A stretch of 64,000 nucleotides of DNA from Methanotrichaceae archaeon (GCA_963813075.1 CAWEXU010000016.1:33610-97609), one strand, 5' to 3'. Positions 50,511 to 61,717 are shown, counted from the stretch's first letter. Made by a program: numbers and translations. The notes: generated by a model not told the origin, from the sequence alone.

Positions 50511-51803
50511 ATGGGCATAGAGAATGATCTAGATAAGTGTGGAGCAATTGAGGTTGCAGAGCTGCTATTGACTGCAGACCTCTACAACCGGCAAGAGAAC
50601 CTGACTGAGGATGACCTGCCACCCAATATTCGCAAGCATTACTTCGATGCGGATACAAAGAGCGTAAAGAGACCGATTTATGTAACCAGCAATGACGTGC
50701 AGAAGATCTACGGCATCGATAACATCAAAGCGGCCATCAAGGACCTGACCTTTGTGTCTTTCGAGGAGTTCGGATCGCAGCTAAGGCTCACGGTATTTGA
50801 TGTGGCCGCCAAGTGGTTCGCCAATCAAAAGGACCTGGCAAGGATCAGATCCAACCCCACTCTCGCCTACTTCTATGAGAACTACGACTCCATGGGAGTC
50901 AGCTACTCCGAGGCTAAAACCAGCAACAAGCCACTTTCTGCAGACAGGGAATGGATCAACGCCCGCATAAAGGAGCTATGCAAGGACGAAAAGGAGGCGG
51001 AAGAACTCCTCAAGCTGGCCTACATCAAAGCGCCGGAGGATGTGAGAGACAACGTCTCCAGCCTCATTCTGACCGAGGAGCAGAAGACGGAGATCGAAAA
51101 GACGGGAAAAGCGCTGGAGAACAGGGAATACCTGCGCCAGATAGGCCTGTATGAGATCGGCAAGCTGCTTTTCGTCGGTCCGCCGGGAACGGGAAAGACC
51201 TCCACCGCCCGGGCTCTCTCCAGCTGGTTTTCCCTGCCCATTGTGGAGGTCCGTCTCTCCATGATCACCAGCCAGTACCTGGGTGAGACCTCCAAGAACA
51301 TAGACAAGGTATTCGAGCTGGCCAAGAGGCTCAGCCCCTGCATTCTTCTCATTGACGAGTTCGACTTCGTGGCCAAGACCAGGACCTCAGACGAGCATGG
51401 GGCGATGAAAAGGGCGGTCAACACCCTGCTCAAGGCCATAGACGAGATCAATCTGGTCGAGCACGGAGTCCTGCTAATAGCGGCAACCAACCACCCCCAG
51501 CTGCTGGATTACGCCGCCTGGAGGAGGTTTGACAAGGTGCTCAACTTCCCCCTGCCCGATCTGCAGACGAGAAAGATGATACTGGACAAGATCCTCGAGC
51601 CCATCAATGCCAACGTAAAAACAGAAGAGCTGGCGGAGATGACCGACGGCTACTCTGGCTCCGACCTGAGGCTATTGATCAGAGAAGCGGTCCTCAATGC
51701 CCTGCTGGAGAACAGAAAGGAGCTATGCCAAGAGGACCTCTTGAACTCCATCGAGGACTTCCGCCAGAGGATATCTGACTACAAGCGGAGCATTGCGGCA
51801 TGA
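50511..51803 (+). CDS. Archaeal single-module AAA+ ATPase
   Basis: 'GPPGTGKT', 'QYLGETSKN', 'IDEFD', 'AATNHP..LD.AAWRRF'. Confidence 0.88.
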   Translation: MGIENDLDKCGAIEVAELLLTADLYNRQENLTEDDLPPNIRKHYFDADTKSVKRPIYVTSNDVQKIYGIDNIKAAIKDLTFVSFEEFGSQLRLTVFDVAAKWFANQKDLARIRSNPTLAYFYENYDSMGVSYSEAKTSNKPLSADREWINARIKELCKDEKEAEELLKLAYIKAPEDVRDNVSSLILTEEQKTEIEKTGKALENREYLRQIGLYEIGKLLFVGPPGTGKTSTARALSSWFSLPIVEVRLSMITSQYLGETSKNIDKVFELAKRLSPCILLIDEFDFVAKTRTSDEHGAMKRAVNTLLKAIDEINLVEHGVLLIAATNHPQLLDYAAWRRFDKVLNFPLPDLQTRKMILDKILEPINANVKTEELAEMTDGYSGSDLRLLIREAVLNALLENRKELCQEDLLNSIEDFRQRISDYKRSIAA

Positions 51804-52543
51804 AGGTCACCCTCCTGGGCACCGGCGACGCCATAGGCACCCCCAAGATCGGCTGCAAGTGCCCGGCCTGCATGGACGCCCTCCGGGGGGGGCGCAGCCG
51901 GAGGATGAGGTTCACAATCCTCTTGGAGTCGGACGAAGAGGATGGCCGGGTGCTGGTGGACAGCAGCCCTGACCTGCGCTGGCAGCTTTTAAAGAAGGAT
52001 ATATCGAGCGTTGACGGGGTCATCTGGACCCATGCCCATTACGATCATTATGCAGGCTTTGGGGATTTTCACCGGGTGCAAAGCCACGTGGACGTCTATG
52101 CTCTGAAGGATACCATGGACTATATCCTCAACTACCTCTATTTCCTGGCACCGGTGCGCCATGATGTCCTGGCCGGCCAGCCCTTCGAAGTGGCAGGAAT
52201 GAAGTTCACCCTTTTCATGGTAAACCACCCACCGGCAGAGACGGTGGGGGTGAGGATTGATGACGGCAGCAAGGTGGTGGTGATCACCAGCGACACCAAA
52301 ATGGATCTCCCTCCTGAGAGCCTGGAGCTGATGAGGGATGCCGACCTGATGCTGGCCGATGCCATCACCCCGCCCGGCTACACCATCAGCAAGCACATGA
52401 CTGCGGACGAGGCCATGGAGCTGGCAGAGAGCCTGGGGACCAAGAGGCTGATTCTCACTCACCTCAGCCATCTATATCCACCCCATGAGGAGGCGCTGAA
52501 GAAGTGGCCCCTGGGGCACGATATGATGGAGATCGTATTATAA
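51800..52543 (+). CDS. MBL-fold metallo-hydrolase (PhnP-like)
   Basis: 'LGTG...GTP..GC.C..C', 'THAHYDH', 'THLSH'; ATGA overlap with the AAA gene. Confidence 0.88.
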   Translation: MKVTLLGTGDAIGTPKIGCKCPACMDALRGGRSRRMRFTILLESDEEDGRVLVDSSPDLRWQLLKKDISSVDGVIWTHAHYDHYAGFGDFHRVQSHVDVYALKDTMDYILNYLYFLAPVRHDVLAGQPFEVAGMKFTLFMVNHPPAETVGVRIDDGSKVVVITSDTKMDLPPESLELMRDADLMLADAITPPGYTISKHMTADEAMELAESLGTKRLILTHLSHLYPPHEEALKKWPLGHDMMEIVL

Positions 52544-52611
52544 TGATTGTATTATAATATTAATTCATTTAATGAGATAAAAAAAACTTTGTGATATGGG
52601 CTGGAGCGGCC

Positions 52612-53757
52612 TCAGCTGTCCAGCACCCTGCTCATCGCCTCCACTCCTGCGCCGCAGGCAGGCAATTTGCCCTCTTTGAGCAGAATCAGTTCCAGAGTCT
52701 GAATGGTCCTCAAGAGGTCGCCGCTGGAGCAGACACCCATAGTGCCTATGCGGAAGATCTTGCCTTTGAGCTGCTCCTGGCCGCCGGATACTATGACCCC
52801 CCTCTTCTTCATGCCGCCGCGCAGCTTGTCGTCGCACACTCCAGCTGGCATCTTCATGGCGGTCACGGTATTGGAGTAGTGAGAGATCTCATTGGTCTGG
52901 GGGAACAGCTCAATATCAAGGGCCCTGGCAGCGGACCGAACCGACTCCGCCTGCTTTGCTGCTCTCGCTCTCCGGGCGGCAAATCCCTCTTCTGCCGCCA
53001 TATGCAAAGCCTCCTGCATGGCAAAGAACAGGGGCACCGCAGGGGTGAACGGGGTCTGGGCGGGGCTCTTTCTCGCGCTCTTCAGGTGGGCTTTCAGGTC
53101 GGCATAGTAGCTCCTGCTCTGGGGCAGGAATCGCTCCTCCGCTTTGGGCGATACCGCTACCACTGCCAGGCCGGGGGGCACAGCCAGTGCCTTCTGCGAG
53201 CCGGTGATGGCGATGTCGACATTCCACTCGTCGGTAAGGAACTCATTGCCGCCGATGGAGGATATGCCGTCCACGATGAACACGGCATCGTGCTTCTTGG
53301 CCAGCTTTCCTACCTCCTTCGCGGGGTTGGTCAGGCCCACAGAGGTCTCATTATGGACCATAGCCACCGCTTTGGCCCCCTTTTCCAGGGCCGCTTCGAC
53401 CTGATCCAGATCGAAGGGCGTGCCCCATTCGAACTTTACCGGCACACACTGGCCATATCTCTCTCCGATCTCAGTGAATCGCTCGCCGAACTTGCCGTTG
53501 GATATGGTTACTATCTTATCCTCATGACCGATAATGCCGGATACGGCCGCATCCATGCCCAGGGTTCCGCTGCCCGTCATTATGGCGATCTCGTTTTTGG
53601 TCTCGAAGAACTGCTTGAGCAATCCAGCGCATTCGCTGTAAATCGCTCCGAACTCGCCGCTTCTATGGCTGATCATGGGCCTGGACATTACGCGCAGCAC
53701 CCGGGGCGCGACTTTGACCGGCCCTGGAATCATGAGCAAAGTATCCTCTATATCCAT
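52612..53757 (-). CDS. Class V aminotransferase (serine-pyruvate/alanine-glyoxylate; archaeal phosphoserine aminotransferase-like)
   Basis: 'LLMIPGP', 'GSGT', 'HNETS', 'VDGISS', 'GSQKAL', 'FRIGTMG'. Confidence 0.88.
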   Translation of the reverse strand: MDIEDTLLMIPGPVKVAPRVLRVMSRPMISHRSGEFGAIYSECAGLLKQFFETKNEIAIMTGSGTLGMDAAVSGIIGHEDKIVTISNGKFGERFTEIGERYGQCVPVKFEWGTPFDLDQVEAALEKGAKAVAMVHNETSVGLTNPAKEVGKLAKKHDAVFIVDGISSIGGNEFLTDEWNVDIAITGSQKALAVPPGLAVVAVSPKAEERFLPQSRSYYADLKAHLKSARKSPAQTPFTPAVPLFFAMQEALHMAAEEGFAARRARAAKQAESVRSAARALDIELFPQTNEISHYSNTVTAMKMPAGVCDDKLRGGMKKRGVIVSGGQEQLKGKIFRIGTMGVCSSGDLLRTIQTLELILLKEGKLPACGAGVEAMSRVLDS

Positions 53758-53794
53758 TTGATCCCTTCTTCTAGGCATCCTGATTTCAGGCGGC

Positions 53795-54427
53795 CTATAT
53801 AAAACTAGCTTTGATACGCTGCGCCGTTGCCCAGCTATGCCTGGCGCAGGGAGGAAGCTCTTTCTTCTCCCGAACCCAGTCGCACAGAAAGCTGATCGTA
53901 TCGCGATCATGCGGATATCCGCTGCCGATCCTGCAATTCATTGCGCTCTCCAGCTGGCGCATGGACTGGTCTCTATGCACCTTGGCCAGGATTGAGGCAG
54001 CAGAGACCACATGATGCCTTTGGTCTGCCTTATGCTCTGCGATCAGATCCATGGTGGTCCCGGAATGGGCCCGGACCGCGCGGCCAAACCTCTCTGCATT
54101 CACGTCGGCGGCATCGAGCACCGCCCTATCCGCATGGAGCCTTTCCACTACCCGAGAGAAGCTTCTCACCATGATCTCATTCATGGTCATAACCAGGCGC
54201 AGCTCGTCGATTACCTCCGGCCTGACCTCCAGTATATACTGATCCACAGCAATGGAGTTGATCTTTCTTGCCAGAGTCTCTCTTTTCGCCGGAGAGAGCA
54301 TCTTGGAGTCTTTCACCCCCATGGCGGCCAGGTCGAATAGCTTCTCCTCCTCGATCACCAGACCGGCGACGAACATGGACCCTATCACCGGCCCTTTTCC
54401 TGCCTCGTCTGCGCCCATCAGCAGCAT
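53795..54427 (-). CDS. rnhB: Ribonuclease HII
   Basis: 'GADEAGKGPVIG', 'VKDSK', 'HKAD', 'VSAASILAKV.RD', 'GSGYP'. Confidence 0.93.
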   Translation of the reverse strand: MLLMGADEAGKGPVIGSMFVAGLVIEEEKLFDLAAMGVKDSKMLSPAKRETLARKINSIAVDQYILEVRPEVIDELRLVMTMNEIMVRSFSRVVERLHADRAVLDAADVNAERFGRAVRAHSGTTMDLIAEHKADQRHHVVSAASILAKVHRDQSMRQLESAMNCRIGSGYPHDRDTISFLCDWVREKKELPPCARHSWATAQRIKASFI

Positions 54428-54535
54428 AAGAGATGATTCGACTGCTGATACATTAAGTAAGCGAATCCATCGAAGAACCACTTCTGTACGCAAGCCTTAT
54501 AAGCTAGTATAAATCACTGAGTATGTCCCATGTGC

Positions 54536-54610
54536 AGCGGGGTAGGGTAGTCAGGATATCCCGACGGGCTCATAACCCGTAGACCAGTAGTTCAAATCTA
54601 CTCCCCGCTA
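54536..54610 (+). tRNA. tRNA-Met(CAT), initiator type
   Basis: Acceptor stem AGCGGGG/CCCCGCT with A1-U72; anticodon arm ACGGG-CTCATAA-CCCGT with three G-C pairs; T-loop GTTCAAATC; CCA not encoded. Confidence 0.93.
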
Positions 54611-54984
54611 TAATTTTTCTGAATTAATCGCGAATACCTCCAGGATATAAAAGGAGCCGCTTAAAGGATATTTATGTCACAAATAGCAATTGATAGAAAA
54701 TATAATGATTATATCATTGATTTGACGGAGCCTGAGATGATAGTAACTGCGAAGCACATCCATTACTGGCTCAATGGAATAGCCGGACAATTGGCACCCC
54801 TCCTTTAAAAAAATTTCTCTATCTGCCTTAAATTATGAATTGATTAAGAAATTATTAAAGCATTTAATTACTGATAATGTATAAATATCATAGATTCAAC
54901 TATTCTAATGCCTAGCTTCAACGGGCAAAATAGATATACTTGGAATTAATTGTACGGCTAAGACCAATCTTTGGAGGATGAAAT

Positions 54985-55779
54985 ATGAAAATTAACTGGT
55001 TATTATCAGCACTAATGGCATTCATTCTGTTTGCCTGTCTATCAGCAGTCAATGGAGCGGAACCGGTAGCATTGAGTGGCTACCAGGGCAGTGCTCTGAG
55101 CAATGTTGAAAATACCGTCCTTTACACTGAATACTATGGATCCACTATGGGATCTGCGCCAGCATCCCTGCTCACCGCTCCCGCTCAGGTCGACCTGACT
55201 GGCAAGGCACCTGCAACCGTCTATTTTGGCACCGCTATGCAGAAGGTTGACTATTCCACATATCAGCCCGCTGCAGTCAGCAATTCCCTGTGGCTTGCCG
55301 GATCGACAAGCTGGTCACAGTATGCCATGGTTCCCCAGGGCTCAATGGTAAACCTTCTGGCGATCTCCGCCAAGGAAGGTCAGGGCGCATTTGTCGTTTA
55401 CCATCCCAGCGGACAGAGATATGAGTTCAACTACTTCCTCTTCCCCTCCAGCCAGCTTCAGCTCTATGCCGATAAACCTGGCAGATACCAGCTCTCCTTC
55501 GTTATGGACGGAGCAGCATCCAATACAGTGATTGTGGATGTAACTGGCACTTCAACCCCAACCGCAACCGGAACCGGCTACGTGACTGGAACGGCCAGCC
55601 CCGACTACCTGGGATCAGTCTTCGGCGTTCCCAAGACGAGCACAGGCGCTCAAGCCGGTCTGGATAACAAGGCCGCTATGAAAGAATATCAGAAGATGAT
55701 CAATAGCGAGTATTGGAGCGGTGCCGACGGCGACGTTGCCTGGGCCATGGGAATAGATAAGTGGCTCAACGCCGCTTAA
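54985..55779 (+). CDS. Secreted hypothetical protein, paralog of 33415..34140
   Basis: GGAGG RBS, signal peptide, 'LWLAGSTSWSQYAMVPQGS', 'YADKPGRYQL.FV.....SNTVIVDV'. Confidence 0.75.
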   Translation: MKINWLLSALMAFILFACLSAVNGAEPVALSGYQGSALSNVENTVLYTEYYGSTMGSAPASLLTAPAQVDLTGKAPATVYFGTAMQKVDYSTYQPAAVSNSLWLAGSTSWSQYAMVPQGSMVNLLAISAKEGQGAFVVYHPSGQRYEFNYFLFPSSQLQLYADKPGRYQLSFVMDGAASNTVIVDVTGTSTPTATGTGYVTGTASPDYLGSVFGVPKTSTGAQAGLDNKAAMKEYQKMINSEYWSGADGDVAWAMGIDKWLNAA

Positions 55780-55805
55780 TTTCGATTTAGTGTGAGAATC
55801 ACGCT

Positions 55806-55846
55806 CTTTTTTTCTTTTTTTAATTTAGTTATATATTTTTTTTATT
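55806..55846 (+). terminator. Long oligo-T tracts (archaeal terminator)
   Basis: tttttttctttttttaatttagttatatatttttttta after the stop at 55779. Confidence 0.6.
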
Positions 55847-55938
55847 TAGACTCTAGACAATCTATTTAACCCATGCCACCCATAATATTCTAAAAATAAT
55901 AGAGGAAAAGCCAAAACAATTGATTTAGAGGTGGCAAT

Positions 55939-56719
55939 ATGCAAGAATACGATCCTGGCCCGCCGGAAAACTTTGCTGATATATTCTCAAGAGTCCCGGA
56001 TTACACCCCATATAAAGAGCACTTCTGGTACGATTGGGGGCCGGTATTTTATCGTGGTCGCCTGGATGGAACTGCCCGGCTTCTTTGCATAGCATCCGAT
56101 CCCGGCGCTACGGAACGAATCGCTTTGAGGACGCTGGTTGGAGACGCGGGCCAGCTCACCCAGGGATTCCTGTCCAGAGTGGGCCTGACCCGCTCCTACC
56201 TGTGTCTGAATGCCTTTGCCTATTCCATGATCCCATCTGAGGGATCGAAGGGCTCAAAGATCCTCAAAGATCCTGCCCACATGGCCTGGCAAAAGGAGCT
56301 CTTTGACAGTGCAAAGGGTCCTGCGCTTGAGGCTGCCCTCGCCTTTGGGCAGTACGCCAAAAAGGCAGTGGACCAATGGAAAGGAGGGCTGGACATCCCG
56401 GTCTTTTATGTGCCCCATCCGAGCAGCAGGGATGAAAAGAAATTGCTGAACTCCTGGCGGAAGACGGTAGAGGAACTCAGAGAGATCATCACTCCCGATG
56501 AGGATGCTGGATCTGCTTTTGCCCAACTATGGTGATAAGATAGATATGAATGCCTATGCCAGGATACCGCATAGGGACCTTCCCTTCGGGGTCCCGGATT
56601 GGCTGGGCGATGACGCCTGGGGTAGAGAGGCAAAACCAGCGCATAGAAACTGTGTCAAAAGACCAAACCCAGACGACAGACATACTCTCATCTGGATAGC
56701 TCCCCGGCAAGAGGTATAG
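55939..56719 (+). CDS. Uracil-DNA-glycosylase-superfamily protein; frameshift near 56507
   Basis: 'GPVFYRGRLDGTARLLCIASDP...LVGDAGQ..QGFL...G...SY..LNA' (motif A region) and 'HPS' (motif B); C-terminus 'PNYG...IPHRDLPFGVPDW' in ORF 56498..56719. Confidence 0.7.
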
Positions 56720-56721
56720 AT

Positions 56722-58787
56722 ATGGATCCGAGACTATAAAGTCGAAACCGTCAGAAGGCTGCGATTGGGACTGCACAATTATCATCGACCAGGAGATCCT
56801 GAACCGCAGGCTTTCGTCCGGTGAAAAGTCTTCCAGATGCATGAGTGAGCTCCTGAATGAGCTATCCTGCCACTACTCTTTGCGCCTTCTCGTCGCCGAT
56901 AAGGTCCTCCCGTCGTTTGAGGCTCGCCAAGCCCTGGAGGAATTGAGGCTCGAAGGGACGGTATCAGAGGAGGATATCATTTTCAGCAGCCAGCTCAAAT
57001 ACCCTCTTGCTGATCCAAGGTCATTTCAGGTAGCAGCAGCGTTAGCTGGAAGACGGCCTGAGAGCTGTATACTGCTCAGCTGCAATCCCATCATCCAGCT
57101 GGCCGCCCTGGCCGCTGGCATGAAGACGCTCAGCTTCCCTGTACTGGAAGAGACAGGTTCCGGCGGGGCCAGAATGATCGGGCACATGATCCCAAAAGCA
57201 GGGGAGATCGATGAGGATATAAGCCCCACCTATGTACTTGGAGGCCGGCTGGTGACCATGAATCCCGAAGGAGAGGTTCTGGACGATGCAAGGATTGTGG
57301 TATCCGCGGGAAAGATAGCCCAGATCGCCGTGCAGGGTGAGGACCTTGAGCCCCAGTTCCGGGAAGCTCCAGTGATAGACACTAAAGGGACGATCTATCC
57401 CGGACTGATCGACCTGCACAACCACTTCGTCTACAATGTCCTGCCCCTCTGGACCCCACCCAAGCGTTACACCAACCGCAGCCAGTGGTCGAAGATCAAG
57501 GCCTACAGCCGGGACATAAGCCTGCCCATTCGCGCTCTGGCAGATAGCGCTGTAGCCTCCCGCGCTATTGTCAGATATGTTGAGGTGAAAGCCCTCCTTG
57601 GCGGGACGACCACCGGCCAGGGAATAAGGACCCAGGTAGAGGGTGGGGTGAGCATCTTTAAAGGGGCAATGCGAAACGTGGAAGAGACCGACGACCCCAG
57701 ACTTCCAGAAGCAGGAACCAGAGTCCCGGACCTGGGCCTCTCCCCGGATGATATCCAGTCCTTCAAAAACAGTCTTTCCAGGAGAAAAGCGTATTTCTAC
57801 CATCTGGCTGAGGGGACAGGAATCACAGCGCAGAAAAGATTCGCTGACCTGGAAAAAAATGGATTGATCAGGGAATCACTGGTGGGAATCCATTCACTGG
57901 GCCTGATGGCTGAGGATCTGGGGCTCATGGCCAGGATGAGGGCCAAGGTGGTCTGGTCTCCCTTCAGCAACCTCCTCCTCTATGGGAGGACCCTGGACCT
58001 TAAATCCCTGAAGGAATCGGGAGCCCTTTTCAGTATAGGCTGTGACTGGTCGCCCTCAGGAGGGAAGAACCTACTCTTGGAGCTGAAGGTGGCCCGCTAT
58101 GTCAATGAGATGCAGGGATCGGTCTATTCCAGCCAGGATCTGGCAAGAGCAGTCACATCCAATCCTGCCCAGATCCTGGGCTGGGAGGAATATCTGGGCA
58201 CGATCAAGCCGGGGGCATTGGCCGATCTTACCATACTGGCCGGAGGGGCAGGAGATCCATACGATCAGCTGATCGATGCCACGGAGAAAGATATACAGCT
58301 GGTGGTGGTACATGGGACACCCAGGTATGGCACGGAAAGCATCATGAGAGGCATTCACGGCCTGGAAGAGGAGTATCTGGAAAAGATTGAAATCTGCGAG
58401 GAGGAGAGGCTCTTATATCTGTATTCTCCGGGCTCAAAGTTAAATGATCTGACATTTGCCCAGAGCAAAAAGACTCTGCAGGAGGCAATGTCAGACCTCC
58501 CAGCCTTCAGAGAGGCCACACAGGAAGAGAACAGGCTTCTTAGAGCTATGGGCATAAATGAAGAGGAGAAGTTCAGGATTATTCCGGACAATGAGCTGGA
58601 GGAGCCTGATTTTAGGAGCACCGGTCCCCTGGCGTCACCACTTAAGGCTGATTGGAGCAATATGGCAGAAAAGGTGGAGCTTGACGAGCCATTGGTAGAT
58701 CGGCAATCCTACTGGGAGAGGCTTGAAGGGCAGAAGAATATCGATGAAGGGTTAATGAAAATGCTCAAAGATGCTTATGGCAGATGA
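56722..58787 (+). CDS. Metal-dependent amidohydrolase/deaminase with N-terminal degenerate HAD-like domain; true start 56722 (via frameshift) or 56841
   Basis: 'YPGLIDLHNH', 'GGTTT', 'YHLAEG', 'GIHSL', 'VVWSP.SN', 'GCDWSPSG', 'GTIKPGALADL'. Confidence 0.8.
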
Positions 58788-58910
58788 TATTTTTCTGGGT
58801 GTGGCTTTGCGGCTATCTGCCAAAATCTATTCAGACCATTTCAAAGCATTTAAATAAAGACGAGATGAACCATTGATGTACATTAGAATGCATCAGATCA
58901 TAAAGACGGA

Positions 58911-60272
58911 GTGTCCCAGATGAAGATCAAGTACTTGCTCGACGAGGAAGAGATTCCCAAAAAGTGGTACAACGTAGCCGCAGATATGCCAACCCCCCTT
59001 AAACCTCCCCTGCATCCAGCAACCCTGAAGCCGATGACTGCCCAGGATATGGAGGCGATATTTCCCAAAGCGCTTATCCAGCAGGAGATGAGCACTGAAC
59101 GCTGGATAGACATCCCTGAGGAGGTACGGGATATCTTCCGGCTCTGGAGGCCCACCCCTCTTTATCGGGCCGCATCCCTGGAGAAAGCGCTCAAGACCCC
59201 CGCCCATATCTATTATAAGTATGAGGGGGTGAGCCCTGCCGGGAGCCACAAGCCAAACACTGCCATCCCCCAGGCCTACTATAACATGAAAGAGGGCATA
59301 GAACGGCTGGCAACGGAGACCGGAGCCGGCCAGTGGGGCTCAGCCCTCAGCCTGGCCACCCGTCTGTTCGACATGCAATGCACCGTCTACATGGTCCGAT
59401 CGAGCTTTGACAGCAAGCCCTACCGCAAGAGCGCCATGCGAGTCTGGGGCGCGGAGTGTCTGTCCAGCCCCTCGGACCGGACGAACTTTGGCCGGCTGAT
59501 TAGAGAAAAGATGCCTGACACTCCTGGAAGCCTGGGAATCGCCATATCCGAGGCGGTGGAGGATGCAGCCAGCCATGACAACACCAACTATTCCCTGGGA
59601 TCGGTCCTAAACCACGTCCTGCTCCATCAGAGCATCGAGGGCCTGGAATTGAAAAAGCAGTTCGACATGACTGAGGAATATCCCGATGTGATGTTCGGCT
59701 GCTGCGGCGGAGGGAGCAACTTCCCGGGAATGGTCTTCCCATTCATTCCCGATAAGCTGAAGGACAAAAAGGACCTGCGCATGGTAGCCTGCGAGCCCAC
59801 TGCCTGCCCCACCCTGACCAAAGGGCTTTTCGCCTATGACTTCGGCGACACCGCGGGCATGGCGCCGGTGATCATGATGTACACCCTGGGCCATGACTTC
59901 ATTCCACCGGGCATTCACGCTGGCGGCCTGCGCTACCATGGAGCTGCACCACTGCTCAGCAATCTGGTGCATGACGGCCTGATCGAGGCCACTGCTCTGC
60001 AGCAGAACGAGGTCTTCGAGGCGGCCACCCTCTTTGCCCGCACCGAAGGAATTATCCCTGCCCCAGAGGCCTCTCATGCCATCAAGCCGGCAATAGACGA
60101 GGCCCTGAATTGCCGGAAGACGGGAGAGGAAAAGGTGATCTTCATATCCCTGAGCGGTCACGGCCACTTCGACCTGTCGTCCTATGATGCCTACAACGAC
60201 GGCAAGCTGGTGGATTACGTCTATCCCGCTGAACTGGTGAAGCAGTCCCTGGCCAAGCTGCCTAAACCCTGA
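58911..60272 (+). CDS. trpB2: TrpB2 (tryptophan synthase beta-like PLP enzyme)
   Basis: 'WRPTPL.RA', 'GSHKPNTA', 'TETGAGQWG', 'GGGSNF', 'HAGGLRYHG', 'SGHG.FD'. Confidence 0.93.
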   Translation: MSQMKIKYLLDEEEIPKKWYNVAADMPTPLKPPLHPATLKPMTAQDMEAIFPKALIQQEMSTERWIDIPEEVRDIFRLWRPTPLYRAASLEKALKTPAHIYYKYEGVSPAGSHKPNTAIPQAYYNMKEGIERLATETGAGQWGSALSLATRLFDMQCTVYMVRSSFDSKPYRKSAMRVWGAECLSSPSDRTNFGRLIREKMPDTPGSLGIAISEAVEDAASHDNTNYSLGSVLNHVLLHQSIEGLELKKQFDMTEEYPDVMFGCCGGGSNFPGMVFPFIPDKLKDKKDLRMVACEPTACPTLTKGLFAYDFGDTAGMAPVIMMYTLGHDFIPPGIHAGGLRYHGAAPLLSNLVHDGLIEATALQQNEVFEAATLFARTEGIIPAPEASHAIKPAIDEALNCRKTGEEKVIFISLSGHGHFDLSSYDAYNDGKLVDYVYPAELVKQSLAKLPKP

Positions 60273-60344
60273 ATCCGGGACGGGAGAACAAGCAGGACAA
60301 GAGATGCAAGATCAAGAGGCCGCTAGAGAGGAGAATCAGGAGAA

Positions 60345-61496
60345 ATGAGGCTACCAGAGGAAAGATCGGCTTTCTGGTCAATCCCATAGCCGGCATGGGC
60401 GGGCCGGTAGGCCTCAAAGGGACAGACGGGCTGGCAGAGGAGGCAATAGCTATGGGAGCCAGGCCCAGGGCAATGGAGAGGGCCAGAGCGTGCCTGGACC
60501 TCCTCTCCCAAGAGAAGGATGCCATCCTCTTTCTCACTGCCAGCGGCTCTATGGGCGAGAGCATGTCTGAAGGAATGCGGCCTGGATTATGAAGTGGTAT
60601 ATTCCGCTTTGCCCGTCACCAGCTCCAGGGACACCATCTGGACATGCCAGGCCTTTTTGGATGAGGGGGTGGATCTCATTTTATTTTGCGGCGGGGATGG
60701 CACCGCCCGGGACGTGGCGGGAATAGCAGGCTCCACCCCAATCCTTGGAATCCCGGCCGGTGTAAAGATGCATTCAGGGGTATTTGCCGCCAGCCCTCAG
60801 GCAGCAGCCGATCTGGCGATGCGATTTCTAAATGGAGAGCTGAATTTGAGGGAGACGGAGATCGTGGATGTGGACGAGGAGCTTTACCGGGCAGGGATTC
60901 TCCAGACAAGGCTGTATGCTTCTGGCCAAGACACCCTACCTCCCCGTTCTGGTAGCGGAGCGAAAAAGGATCTACAGCTCCGTCCAGGAGGATGAGTTCA
61001 AAGATCAGATCGCCTTGTTCGCCAGCGAGTTCATGCAAGACGGCTCAGCATATATAATCGGGGCAGGAACCACTACCAGCCGGATAGCGGATATCCTGGG
61101 ACTGGAAAAGACACTCCTCGGTGTGGATGTAGTTCAGGACGGACGGCTGATGATCAAGGATGCCTCTGAAGAGGACCTGCTGGAGCTGCTTGATCGGGAG
61201 ACCAGGGTCATGATCATCATCTCTCCCATCGGGGCGCAGGGTTTCATACTGGGCAGAGGCAATCAGCAGATTAGCGCTGAGGTGTTCTGCGCCGGGTGGG
61301 CCTGGATAAGTTGATAATCATCTCCACCCCTCATAAGCTGGCTGAGATCCCCTATCTTCTGGTGGATACTGGTGATCCGGATCTGGACGAGGCTCTGGCC
61401 GGAAAAAGACAGGTGGTCACCGGCTACAGAATAGCGCAGATGAAAGAAACCCTCGCCGCCTCAAGATTGCATAGCGCATCTTTCGATAGCCACTAG
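60345..61496 (+). CDS. ATP-NAD kinase-like protein, split by three or four frameshifts; start approximate
   Basis: 'GFLVNPIAGMGG.VGLKGTDG', 'GGDGTARD', 'GIPAGVKMHSGVF', 'KTLLGVD', 'IGAQGFILGRGNQQIS', 'LLVDTGD'. Confidence 0.8.
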
Positions 61497-61521
61497 CAAT
61501 TCTTCTCAACTGACTATAATC

Positions 61522-61707
61522 TCAGCTCGCGCTTGAGAAGTGTTCCCAGGCCTGAATGATATAATCACCATAGAGTAGCCAGATCAGAACAAATATTCCA
61601 AAAATAACGTAGAGGTTGGTGATGTACACCAACCACTGCAGAAGACGCATCTTCTTCTCAGGCGTCCCAAACCAATCTTCGGCTTTTCGCTCAAACCAGT
61701 TGCCCAT
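61522..61707 (-). CDS. Small single-TM membrane protein downstream of atpD
   Basis: MGNWFERKAEDWFGTPEKKMRLLQWLVYITNLYVIFGIFVLIWLL... Confidence 0.55.
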   Translation of the reverse strand: MGNWFERKAEDWFGTPEKKMRLLQWLVYITNLYVIFGIFVLIWLLYGDYIIQAWEHFSSAS

Positions 61708-61717
61708 TGCTTTAGGT

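Noticed and set aside
54536..58900. Integrated element at tRNA-iMet
   Set aside because: No integrase and no duplicated tRNA 3' end (att site) found downstream, so only proximity to the tRNA is claimed
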